From an uncultured Muribaculaceae bacterium (GTDB taxonomy: Bacteria > Cyanobacteriota > Vampirovibrionia > Gastranaerophilales > Gastranaerophilaceae), in contig CAZNEN010000002.1 of NCBI GenBank assembly GCA_964572355.1, positions 61,168-125,167 on the forward strand: a stretch of 64,000 nucleotides of DNA, read 5' to 3'. This document shows positions 29,552 through 37,228 of this stretch, piece by piece. The stretch's first letter is position 1. Every line of letters begins with the position of its first letter. The translations under genes were made by a program, and so were the position numbers. A model generated the notes under the pieces. The model ran no database searches. It was not told where the DNA came from and was given only the letters and a program-made list of their open reading frames with translations.

Positions 29552-29773
29552 GAAAAATCCCTTTTTCCATTTTTACTTATAAACTAAAAAGGAGCTTTTG
29601 TCTATTATTAATTTAGTTTGATACTTCCTTTAAGAAGGCTGACTGTTTGCCGAAGATTGTTTGTTTTCTCTTTGATATTGTTTTTTTGTTGTGATTCTGT
29701 TTAGGATTCCTACTGCTGCCGCAACTATCATTGTATTTGTTAAAAATGTAAGACCGTATGATAAATTTTTACT

Positions 29774-30508
29774 TTAGTCATCAACTTTTTTTACGGAATT
29801 CTTACTGTTTTTAGAAAATAAAAGACCAGCTTCAAATAATAAATATGTTGGGACAGCCAGCATAAGCTGGCTCATTACATCAGGCGGGGTCAAAATTCCT
29901 GCAACTATTAATAAGCCTACTATTATATATGACCTTTTATCAGCTACGGAATCATATGAAACAATGCCTGATCTTATTAAAGCTATTGTTATTAAAGGAA
30001 CCTGAAACATTAAACCGAATGCCAAACTCATCCATAGAGCAAGTGTTACGACATTTGAAATATTAAATACAGCCTGTATATTTTCGGTAGAAAAACTTAC
30101 TCCGAAGTTTATAATTAAAGGTAAAATAAGAAAAATACAAAAAGCGGCGCCTGTTACAAATAATAAACTTGAAATTATTACAATTGATTTTATGAATTTT
30201 CTTTCATGCTCATATAATGCGGGAAGAAGAAAATCCCAAATTTTTTTTGCTATGTAAGGAAAACATATTATAAAATCAATAACTATAGCTGTTTTAATCT
30301 GGATTAAAAAAACCTCAACCGGAGAAAAATAATTTAATGTAATTTTATTTGTTCCCAGTATTATTTTAATTAAAAAATCTAAAGCTTTCGGTGCTGCAAA
30401 GAAAGTAAACGGCAGCACTATTGCAATGGCATATAAACACTTTAAGATTGTTTCTCTTAAAGCTTCAAGATGCGAAATCAGACTCTCATTTTTATCTTCT
30501 TCACTCAT
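29774..30508 (-). CDS. tatC: Twin-arginine translocase subunit TatC
   Basis: 244 aa with six TM segments. LISHLEALRETILK N-terminus and P..ALDFL, LLFxxGxxF, TPPDV-type motifs (ILTPPDVMSQ). Confidence 0.9.
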   Translation of the reverse strand: MSEEDKNESLISHLEALRETILKCLYAIAIVLPFTFFAAPKALDFLIKIILGTNKITLNYFSPVEVFLIQIKTAIVIDFIICFPYIAKKIWDFLLPALYEHERKFIKSIVIISSLLFVTGAAFCIFLILPLIINFGVSFSTENIQAVFNISNVVTLALWMSLAFGLMFQVPLITIALIRSGIVSYDSVADKRSYIIVGLLIVAGILTPPDVMSQLMLAVPTYLLFEAGLLFSKNSKNSVKKVDD

Positions 30509-30513
30509 TTTTG

Positions 30514-30729
30514 TTATACATCGGTAGGTTTATATTCTTCAGGTTTTTCGCCCGCATCTTCTATTGCTTCTTTAATTTCATCGGCTTCTTTTTTAATGAG
30601 TTCTTTTGCTTTTTTATATTCATAAGAAGCTTTACCGAGTGCTCTTGCAAGTTCGGGTATTCTTTTCCCGCCGAACAGCAGTAGTATTACAACAAGTATA
30701 AGTGTTATTTCTGTTATTCCGAGTGACAT
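30514..30729 (-). CDS. tatA: Twin-arginine translocase subunit TatA/E
   Basis: MSLGITEITLILVVILLLFGGKRIPELARALGK is the canonical TatA TM plus the FG-G-hinge-amphipathic helix. Confidence 0.92.
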   Translation of the reverse strand: MSLGITEITLILVVILLLFGGKRIPELARALGKASYEYKKAKELIKKEADEIKEAIEDAGEKPEEYKPTDV

Positions 30730-30752
30730 TTATTTTTTCTCCTTCTAAATTA

Positions 30753-32036
30753 TTATATTACTCTTTGTTCTTTTATAGCAAATATTTCTATTGCGGAAAA
30801 ATTGCAGCTTTTCTTGCAGGCACTGCAGCCTATGCACTTTGAAGCATTAATTACGGATTTCCCTGTTTCATCTTTATAAATTGCTTTTGCCGGACATTCT
30901 AAATTGCAAATCCCGCAGCTGCTGCATTTATCAGGATTTATTACCGCCATTGCAATTCTTGTATGCTGCTTTTCTTCAAGCGAAATTCTTTTTATTGCAC
31001 CTGAAGGGCATACTTTTGAACATTCATTGCAATCATATTTACAGTAATTTTCGCCCTGTTTATAATCAATATGGACGGCTCCGAAATTATCGTTTGCTTT
31101 TGTTAATATTTTATTCGGGCATGCTTTAATGCATAAGTTACAGTTTAAGCATTTATTAAACATTCTTTGAAGATTAACGGCACCGGGCGGAAGTATTATA
31201 TCTTTAAATTTTTTAACCGTATTGCCGGCTGAAATAAGTCCGTATTTTACGGCTCCTGCAAATGCGGCTGCAGCCGAAGCGGCAATGATAAATTCTCTTC
31301 TTTTTATATTAAATTTAACCTGTTCTTTTGTTTTTATACCGTATTTAATTGCTCCTTTATAACATTTACCGAGGCACTTAAAGCATTTTATACACACTTC
31401 GTTATTAACTGTTTGCTCGGCGGAATCGATACAACCTGCGGGGCAGCTTCTTTCACAAAGAGAACAAGACATACAGCTCTCTTTTTTAATATATATTTTA
31501 AACAGAGATATCTTTGACAATAATCCCAAAATACAGCCGACAGGACAAATATCCGTACAGAATAATCTGTTTTTAAATATTGCCAGCACTCCTATAATAA
31601 CAATTGCAATAATCCCTGCCGCAGATAAAGTTAAGGCCGAGCCAAACAGAGTATAAGGGTCTGTATATCTTATAAATAATGCACTTCCTCCGATTAAAAC
31701 CCCGAATGTTAAAGCGGATATATAATATTTAAAAGGATAATTTATCCGTTTTTCATTATTTCTTTTATTCCTGATAAGGCAGATTATTTCCTGAAAAATT
31801 CCCATTGGGCAAATTAAAGAACAATATATCCTTCCGAACAAAGGAGTTATCAATATAACTGATATTAACAAAATTATAGCAATTGTCGAAAAATCAAAAA
31901 TATTTCTTTGCAAAACGGGGGTTAATTGAATATCAAATATATGAACAGGATAAAATAAACCTGCCATTGCTGCAATGGCAAGTATAAAAATAATTAAAGC
32001 TATACTTAAACGAATTATATACAATAGGTTTTTCAT
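30753..32036 (-). CDS. Fused NapH-like membrane 4Fe-4S protein + NapG-like tetra-cluster ferredoxin (polyferredoxin) with an internal twin-arginine motif
   Basis: N-terminal TM helices with GRIYCSLICPMG and NRLFCTDICPVG (NapH/MauN-type CxxxCP). Two CxxCxxCxxxCP-type motifs follow, then KRREFIIASAAAAAFAGA. After that come ILPPGA...CLNCNLCIKACP, CKYDCNECSKVCP, CSSCGICNLECP and CIGCSACKKSC (NapG-like). Confidence 0.75.
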   Translation of the reverse strand: MKNLLYIIRLSIALIIFILAIAAMAGLFYPVHIFDIQLTPVLQRNIFDFSTIAIILLISVILITPLFGRIYCSLICPMGIFQEIICLIRNKRNNEKRINYPFKYYISALTFGVLIGGSALFIRYTDPYTLFGSALTLSAAGIIAIVIIGVLAIFKNRLFCTDICPVGCILGLLSKISLFKIYIKKESCMSCSLCERSCPAGCIDSAEQTVNNEVCIKCFKCLGKCYKGAIKYGIKTKEQVKFNIKRREFIIAASAAAAFAGAVKYGLISAGNTVKKFKDIILPPGAVNLQRMFNKCLNCNLCIKACPNKILTKANDNFGAVHIDYKQGENYCKYDCNECSKVCPSGAIKRISLEEKQHTRIAMAVINPDKCSSCGICNLECPAKAIYKDETGKSVINASKCIGCSACKKSCNFSAIEIFAIKEQRVI

Positions 32037-32044
32037 ATTTATCT

Positions 32045-33286
32045 TTATCCGGCAGTATCTAAACTTTTAACGGTTGATTCGACTTTCTTTAGTAATTCGG
32101 GTATATCAAGCCCCTGTGGACAATTCTTTGAACATAGATGGCAATTAATACATTTATCTGCTCTTTCATCCTCTTTTAATGCTTTATAGTTATATACAAA
32201 CATAAATGTTTTTGAAGAAAGATTTGAACTTTTATAAATGTTGTACAATCCGAAAATTGCAGGAATATTAATTGCTTTCGGACAGACTTCCAAACAGTAT
32301 TTGCATGCCGTACAATTAATCTCACCGTGTTCCTGTATTATTTTTGCAATTTCTGCCGCTATTTTTTCTTCCTGCTGAGTAAATTCCTTAAAATTAACAA
32401 AAGTATCTATGTTTTCTTTCATCTGCTGCAAATTACTCATGCCGCTTAAAATAGTAAATACTCTGTTTTTAGAGCTTGCCCACCTCAGCCCGAAAGAGGC
32501 TTGAGTTTCATCCGGACATTCGGCTTTTAGCTTTGCAGCTGCTTTTTCCGAAAGGTTACATAATCCGCCGCCTCTTAAAGGTTCCATTACAATAACGGGA
32601 ACTCCGGCTTCATCTGCAATTTCGTATAATTCTTTAGCATTGATTACTTCCCAGTCCAGATAATTCATTTGCAGCTGGCAGAAATCCCATTTATGTTCTT
32701 TAATGACTTCACGCAGCATTTTGGGATCACCATGGAAGGAAAATCCCAGATTTTTTATTTTCCCTTCTTTTTTTAATTTTAATAATTCACCGTACATATC
32801 ATTGTTACGATAATTGTTTATTGTATTTTGATTTAAATTATGAACCATATAATTATCAAAATATTCAACCTGGCATTTTTTTAATTGTTCGTTAAAAAGT
32901 TTATGAACATCTTCTCTTGAATTTACTAAATATGCAGGATTTTTGTCGGCTAAAAAGAAACTTTCTCTGGGATATTTCTTTAATATTTCTCCTATTGCAA
33001 TTTCTGATTTTGAATCAACATACATATAAGCCGTATCAAAATAATTTGCACCGTGTGCCATTGCATATTCTACCATTTTGTCAAGTTCAACCATATCTAT
33101 TTTGCCGTCACGCATAGGAAGTCTCATACAGCCAAAACCCAGCAGCGGAATATTGAGGTTATTAAATTTTCTTGTTACAACCTGATTTTCCGCTTTTTGC
33201 ACTTCTTTTTTTCCGCAGCCTGACGTAAGCATTGCAGCTCCTCCGACAGCCATTACGGAACTTAATATAAATTCACGACGTTTCAT
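32045..33286 (-). CDS. Aldo-keto reductase fused to a C-terminal 2x[4Fe-4S] ferredoxin domain, with an N-terminal twin-arginine signal and a lipobox
   Basis: I chose the start at ATG 33286 (AAGGAGA SD 5 nt upstream): MKRREFILSSVMAVGGAAMLTSGCG = RR motif + h-region + L-T-S-G-C lipobox. AKR tetrad candidates are FDTAYMY (D, Y), LADK (K) and MVHN (H). C-terminal CTACKYCLEVCP and CINCHLCSKNCP. Confidence 0.8.
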   Translation of the reverse strand: MKRREFILSSVMAVGGAAMLTSGCGKKEVQKAENQVVTRKFNNLNIPLLGFGCMRLPMRDGKIDMVELDKMVEYAMAHGANYFDTAYMYVDSKSEIAIGEILKKYPRESFFLADKNPAYLVNSREDVHKLFNEQLKKCQVEYFDNYMVHNLNQNTINNYRNNDMYGELLKLKKEGKIKNLGFSFHGDPKMLREVIKEHKWDFCQLQMNYLDWEVINAKELYEIADEAGVPVIVMEPLRGGGLCNLSEKAAAKLKAECPDETQASFGLRWASSKNRVFTILSGMSNLQQMKENIDTFVNFKEFTQQEEKIAAEIAKIIQEHGEINCTACKYCLEVCPKAINIPAIFGLYNIYKSSNLSSKTFMFVYNYKALKEDERADKCINCHLCSKNCPQGLDIPELLKKVESTVKSLDTAG

Positions 33287-33416
33287 ATTATCTCCTTTTT
33301 GTTTATTAAATATTTTACTATCTGATAGCTGCTCTAAGTCAAGATAAGACAATCATATTAATTTATACATGAAAAGATGAAATAGAACAGTATTAGTTTA
33401 TTTTGTTGTAATATAA

Positions 33417-34412
33417 TTAAGAATTCTCAATAATTCTTTTGTGTTGATCACGCCATTGATATGAAATCTGATAATTAAGATTATTTTCAATTGCTAATTT
33501 TTTCATTAAAACCGCAAGCTGAATTATTTCATCGGTAATGCAGCCGAAAATACTGTTGGGATTATTTGCACTGTTGGATTCGCAATCAATTACAATATTT
33601 TTGACACCGGATTCAATGCATTTTTTTATGAATAATCTTATTTCGTTTTCGTCAGCATTCATGGAAAAGAAAATATATTTTACAAAAAGCATATCCGGAT
33701 ATTGTGAATAAAGTTTTATATTTTCCCAGACTTTATTAAAATTATTCTGGCGTTTGATTTTTAAATAGTTTTTTTCGCTTCCGCTGTCAGGGCTGATCTG
33801 AATGCTCATTGAACCGTCTTTAAGCCCGCTTAATATTGTTTGGGAAAATTGGATACCTGAAGAGTTTATTGCTTGACGAATATTATTCTTATGAAAAAAA
33901 TCGGCTATTTCTTCAAATTCGGAGCATATGACAGGTTCGCCTCCGCCCCAGTTTATTAAGCAGGAAGAGTTTATCATTTCATTTTTATTCATTTGTTTTA
34001 TTATCGGCAGAAGCTTGTATTTTATATCTTCGGTTTTTCTTCCTATACCGCAATAAATACAATTTGAATTGCATTTAGTGAAATGATTTATTGTAAGAAA
34101 TTTTATATTGCCTGATTTTGGAAATAAAGGAACTATCTGCTTTTGCAAAAATTTACATCCTTTACATGGAGCCAGATTAGTTTGGTTATATATCATCAGT
34201 CTGTTTATATTTTTCAAGTATTCCGAAAATTGAAATTTTTTAATCATTATCGGAAATATAAGAGGCGGTGAATATGGTACTTTTGTACAATGACAACATG
34301 TATGTACGGAAAACGGCCAGAATAAAATATCGGAATATAATTTCTCACAAAAGAATAGTTCTTTACCTGCCCATTTTTTATTAAATTTATTTATAAGAAA
34401 ATTTCTGAACAT
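33417..34412 (-). CDS. Radical SAM protein with a Cys-rich N-terminal extension; function unknown
   Basis: Canonical CNSNCIYCG (Cx3Cx2C) and a WGGGEP SAM-binding motif. The N-terminal HTCCHC...CKGC could bind a metal or an auxiliary cluster. Confidence 0.7.
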   Translation of the reverse strand: MFRNFLINKFNKKWAGKELFFCEKLYSDILFWPFSVHTCCHCTKVPYSPPLIFPIMIKKFQFSEYLKNINRLMIYNQTNLAPCKGCKFLQKQIVPLFPKSGNIKFLTINHFTKCNSNCIYCGIGRKTEDIKYKLLPIIKQMNKNEMINSSCLINWGGGEPVICSEFEEIADFFHKNNIRQAINSSGIQFSQTILSGLKDGSMSIQISPDSGSEKNYLKIKRQNNFNKVWENIKLYSQYPDMLFVKYIFFSMNADENEIRLFIKKCIESGVKNIVIDCESNSANNPNSIFGCITDEIIQLAVLMKKLAIENNLNYQISYQWRDQHKRIIENS

Positions 34413-34576
34413 ATTGAAAAGTTTACCTTTTCTCTAATGTTATTGCAATATCGTCTATTGATTTTATATAAAAAAACATTAATACATTAAATAGTGGATT
34501 TTAAATTTGCACAAAAAAGAAGATACTAAATTATGTAGAGTATGCGGATTAGAGTGTAATTTGTGAGGCGGTAAAA

Positions 34577-35956
34577 TTGTACAATTCCATATACCCGGCT
34601 TACGCAGGATATTACTCGGGTGTAAATAACAGGCAGATAACAAGAAAGCAGGAGAACGAAAAAAGTTCTCAATCGTCTCATAGCGCACAGGAAGAAGTAC
34701 AAAAAGGAGACAGTCATTCATCAAACCGGGGTGCGTATTTTCCAAACGGCGAAAAGGTAGCCATTGACTATACAAAACGCAAAATAAATATAGAGCAGGT
34801 ATTAACGGATTTTAAAAATACAGCTAATGCAATAGGAGCTCCTGATGATATTAAATCAGAGGTATTCTCTTATCTTGATTTAATAAACAGTCAGGCGCAA
34901 AAAGATAACCCTAATCAGCAAATTATTCAGTCAAATTTAAAAAATGCCTCACAAATACTTGATGAATATATAACAAATACTTTGAATAAACCTTCAAAAG
35001 TAGTGGAAAATTGGGTTGATGCTCTTTTCCTGCAAAAAATCGATTATAAAATACCGGTTAAAGAAATACCTGAAATAGCCGTTCAAAGTACTGCCGCAGA
35101 TGAAAATAGTCCTGTTATATATTCTAAAACCGATTCATATGAAGTGCGGCAGGAATCACAAACAGCAAAAAATCAGAATACGGTGTATGTTCCTGATGAT
35201 CCCGCATTGAAAAGAATGTTTATTCAGGCTAAAAAATATGCGGCAATAGACAACAAAGAAAAAGCATTGTATGCCTTTGAAAGCAGTTTGGATTATGCGA
35301 CTGAAATAGGTGATAATCAAACTCAAGCTATGATACATTATGAACGCGGCAGGTTGTATGATGATATTAATCAAATTGATGATGCTCTGTACAACTATAA
35401 TAGAGCGGCAAAACAAAGCCAGGATAATAATATAAAAGCAAGAGCACATTTTTCTATGGGGAAAATATATGATGATTATGTAAAATTTGAGCCTGCCGTT
35501 AGTCATTATTGCGCTGCCGTTTCTTTTGCCGGAGAAGCGGATAATCTTAAACTTCAAACGCAGGCATTATCTGATTTGGCTCAATTACATGCAGGCAGAT
35601 ATGATAAGAAAAATACAATGATGTTTATGGATATGGCTGATACAATAGCCTCAGAAACGAATGATAATAGAGTAAAAGGTATTATTTCTTCCAAAAATGC
35701 AGTGTGCTGTAAAAAAATTGATGAAAAAATAAAAGCATTAAAGTATTATGGAGAATCAGTCAGATCATTTTTACAAACTGATGATAACGAAAAACTTGCA
35801 AAGAATTATATGAATGCTGCCGAGCTTATGGACGGCTACGGCAATAAGGCAAAGGCTATGAAACTTTTATCAAAAGCGTATATTGCAGCTCAAAGTACAG
35901 ACAACGCCGAGTTAAAGACGCAAATTACCATGCTGATTGCACAAAATAATATTTAA
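34577..35956 (+). CDS. TPR-repeat protein with a disordered hydrophilic N-terminal region
   Basis: TTG start with a GAGG SD 8 nt upstream. The C-terminal ~250 aa contain repeated A..Y...A/L...G TPR-like units (ALYAFESSLDYATEIGD, AMIHYERGRLYDD, ALYNYNRAAKQS, AHFSMGKIYDD...). Confidence 0.7.
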   Translation: MYNSIYPAYAGYYSGVNNRQITRKQENEKSSQSSHSAQEEVQKGDSHSSNRGAYFPNGEKVAIDYTKRKINIEQVLTDFKNTANAIGAPDDIKSEVFSYLDLINSQAQKDNPNQQIIQSNLKNASQILDEYITNTLNKPSKVVENWVDALFLQKIDYKIPVKEIPEIAVQSTAADENSPVIYSKTDSYEVRQESQTAKNQNTVYVPDDPALKRMFIQAKKYAAIDNKEKALYAFESSLDYATEIGDNQTQAMIHYERGRLYDDINQIDDALYNYNRAAKQSQDNNIKARAHFSMGKIYDDYVKFEPAVSHYCAAVSFAGEADNLKLQTQALSDLAQLHAGRYDKKNTMMFMDMADTIASETNDNRVKGIISSKNAVCCKKIDEKIKALKYYGESVRSFLQTDDNEKLAKNYMNAAELMDGYGNKAKAMKLLSKAYIAAQSTDNAELKTQITMLIAQNNI

Positions 35957-36147
35957 TCTTGTATACATTTCCTTATAATAAGAAAATAAAATGCGACCTA
36001 AAGCCGCATAAGTCAAGAAAGGAATGGTTAGACTATTAATTTATCTGTATTATTACATATTATTGTATACTAAGCAAATTTGTGAATATTTGTTAATAAT
36101 TTTTAACATTTTGTATAAAATGCTAATGTTATAAAAAAGGATAAATT

Positions 36148-36960
36148 ATGAAAATAGGTATTATAAGTTTAGGTTTAATCGGCGGTTCTTTGCTAAAGGA
36201 TTTAGTTTTACAACAGGAGCATGAGTTATATGCGGTTACAAGAAACAGGAAAACTCTTGATGAAATAAAACCGATTGTATCAGATTGTTCAGATGATATA
36301 AATATTCTTTCCGCTTGCGAGATTGTATTTATTGCATCTCCTATTAATAAGACTCTTGAAATAATGGATGAACTTGAAAGCGTTGTTAACAAAGATTGTA
36401 TTGTTCTGGATTGTGCAAGTATTAAAGGATTTGTTATACGGAAAAAACGTCCGTATAAATTTATAGGTTCTCATCCAATGGCGGGAACGGAAAATAACGG
36501 CTTTGCCGCATCTTTTGAAGGTTTATTTAAAGGTGCAAAATGGGTGCTTACTCCTTCTGAAAATATTTCGGAAAGTGATTTTAAAAAAGTTGCCGGTGTA
36601 ATTTCCGCAACAGGCGCAAAAATATTGATAACAACACCTGATGAACATGATATGGCAGTTGCTTTGATAAGTCATATGCCCATGCTTATTTCGCAGTCAT
36701 TATTTAAAACGGCTCAGAATAATAATTTGGCAATGAAGCTTGCCGCAAGCGGCTTTAGAGATATGACACGTCTTGCTATGTCAAACCCCGTTATGGCGGA
36801 TGATATGCTGAAATACAACGGTGAAAATATCAGAAAATCTTTAGAAATGTTACAAAAATCCGTAAATTATTTAATTAATACTAAATATTTTGAAGAAATT
36901 ACCGATATAAAAAATACACGGTCGAAAATGTACTCGGATGAAGGGAAAAATTTAATTTGA
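36148..36960 (+). CDS. tyrA: Prephenate/arogenate dehydrogenase
   Basis: MKIGIISLGLIGGSL Rossmann start and the GSHPMAGTE catalytic motif. 270 aa. Confidence 0.85.
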   Translation: MKIGIISLGLIGGSLLKDLVLQQEHELYAVTRNRKTLDEIKPIVSDCSDDINILSACEIVFIASPINKTLEIMDELESVVNKDCIVLDCASIKGFVIRKKRPYKFIGSHPMAGTENNGFAASFEGLFKGAKWVLTPSENISESDFKKVAGVISATGAKILITTPDEHDMAVALISHMPMLISQSLFKTAQNNNLAMKLAASGFRDMTRLAMSNPVMADDMLKYNGENIRKSLEMLQKSVNYLINTKYFEEITDIKNTRSKMYSDEGKNLI

Positions 36961-37037
36961 ATTATAAATGTATCATTTAGTTTTATATTTAATTTAAAAA
37001 TTTGGTTTTATTAATGCAAAATTTTAAAGACATTAAA

Positions 37038-37062
37038 ATAAAAAAACCGATTTTCATCGGTT
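37038..37062 (-). terminator. Intrinsic terminator oriented for the minus strand, ~170 nt downstream of the glycosyltransferase stop
   Basis: Minus strand reads AACCGA-tgaaaa-TCGGTT followed by TTTTTTTATTTT. On the plus strand there is no T-run. Confidence 0.6.
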
Positions 37063-37069
37063 AAGCTTA

Positions 37070-37150
37070 CTATATATCAGAGAGAGGAATCAGAGAGAGA
37101 ACACTTATCTGCTTTGGTAAGTTTGCTATTTTGCTATCCTCTATTAACAT
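37070..37150 (-). CDS. Candidate 26-codon small ORF (MLIEDSKIANLPKQISVLSLIPLSDI), or alternatively the body of a CU-rich small RNA
   Basis: The ATG at 37150 is preceded by AAGGG 5 nt upstream. A TTGTAA-N16-TATAAA promoter-like element at about 37184-37211 overlaps the palindrome TTGTAACAATATGTTACAA. The element ends just before the terminator at 37038-37062. Confidence 0.25.
   Translation of the reverse strand: MLIEDSKIANLPKQISVLSLIPLSDI
37076..37099. repeat. Tandem direct repeat ATCAGAGAGAG x2 (13-nt period)
   Basis: Copies at 37076-37086 and 37089-37099 are identical. On the minus strand they read CTCTCTCTGAT twice (CU-rich, anti-Shine-Dalgarno-like). Confidence 0.8.
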
Positions 37151-37228
37151 AATTACCCTTTTTTCTTTTTTAATATCGTGTATTTTATACACTTGTAACA
37201 TATTGTTACAATTTAAACGGGATATATT

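Noticed and set aside
29630-29731. 33-codon minus-strand ORF (MIVAAAVGILNRITTKKQYQ...) in the 222-nt tatC-trkA spacer, considered as a KdpF-like small membrane peptide.
   Set aside because: There is no Shine-Dalgarno sequence. The hydrophobic stretch is too short for a TM helix unless translation starts upstream, where no start codon exists in frame.
29552-29773. Looked for a c-di-AMP (ydaO/kimA-type) riboswitch upstream of trkA.
   Set aside because: The G-rich conserved cores I remember for that class (ACGGGGA-type segments) are absent. Only generic AT-rich sequence with GGAATCC / AGAATCAC is present.
34479-34775. 98-aa minus-strand ORF just upstream of the radical SAM gene, considered as a possible RiPP precursor.
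   Set aside because: It overlaps about 200 nt of the TPR-protein coding frame on the other strand. It has a shadow-frame composition (L/F/H/P-rich) and I see no SD. No leader/core organisation is recognisable.
37076-37100. The + strand ATCAGAGAGAGGAAT resembles the PyrR binding-loop consensus (ARUCCAGAGAGGYU).
   Set aside because: The match is imperfect (extra AG, missing CC). It is 24 kb from the pyr operon. The local terminator indicates minus-strand transcription. No such motif is present in the real pyr leader.
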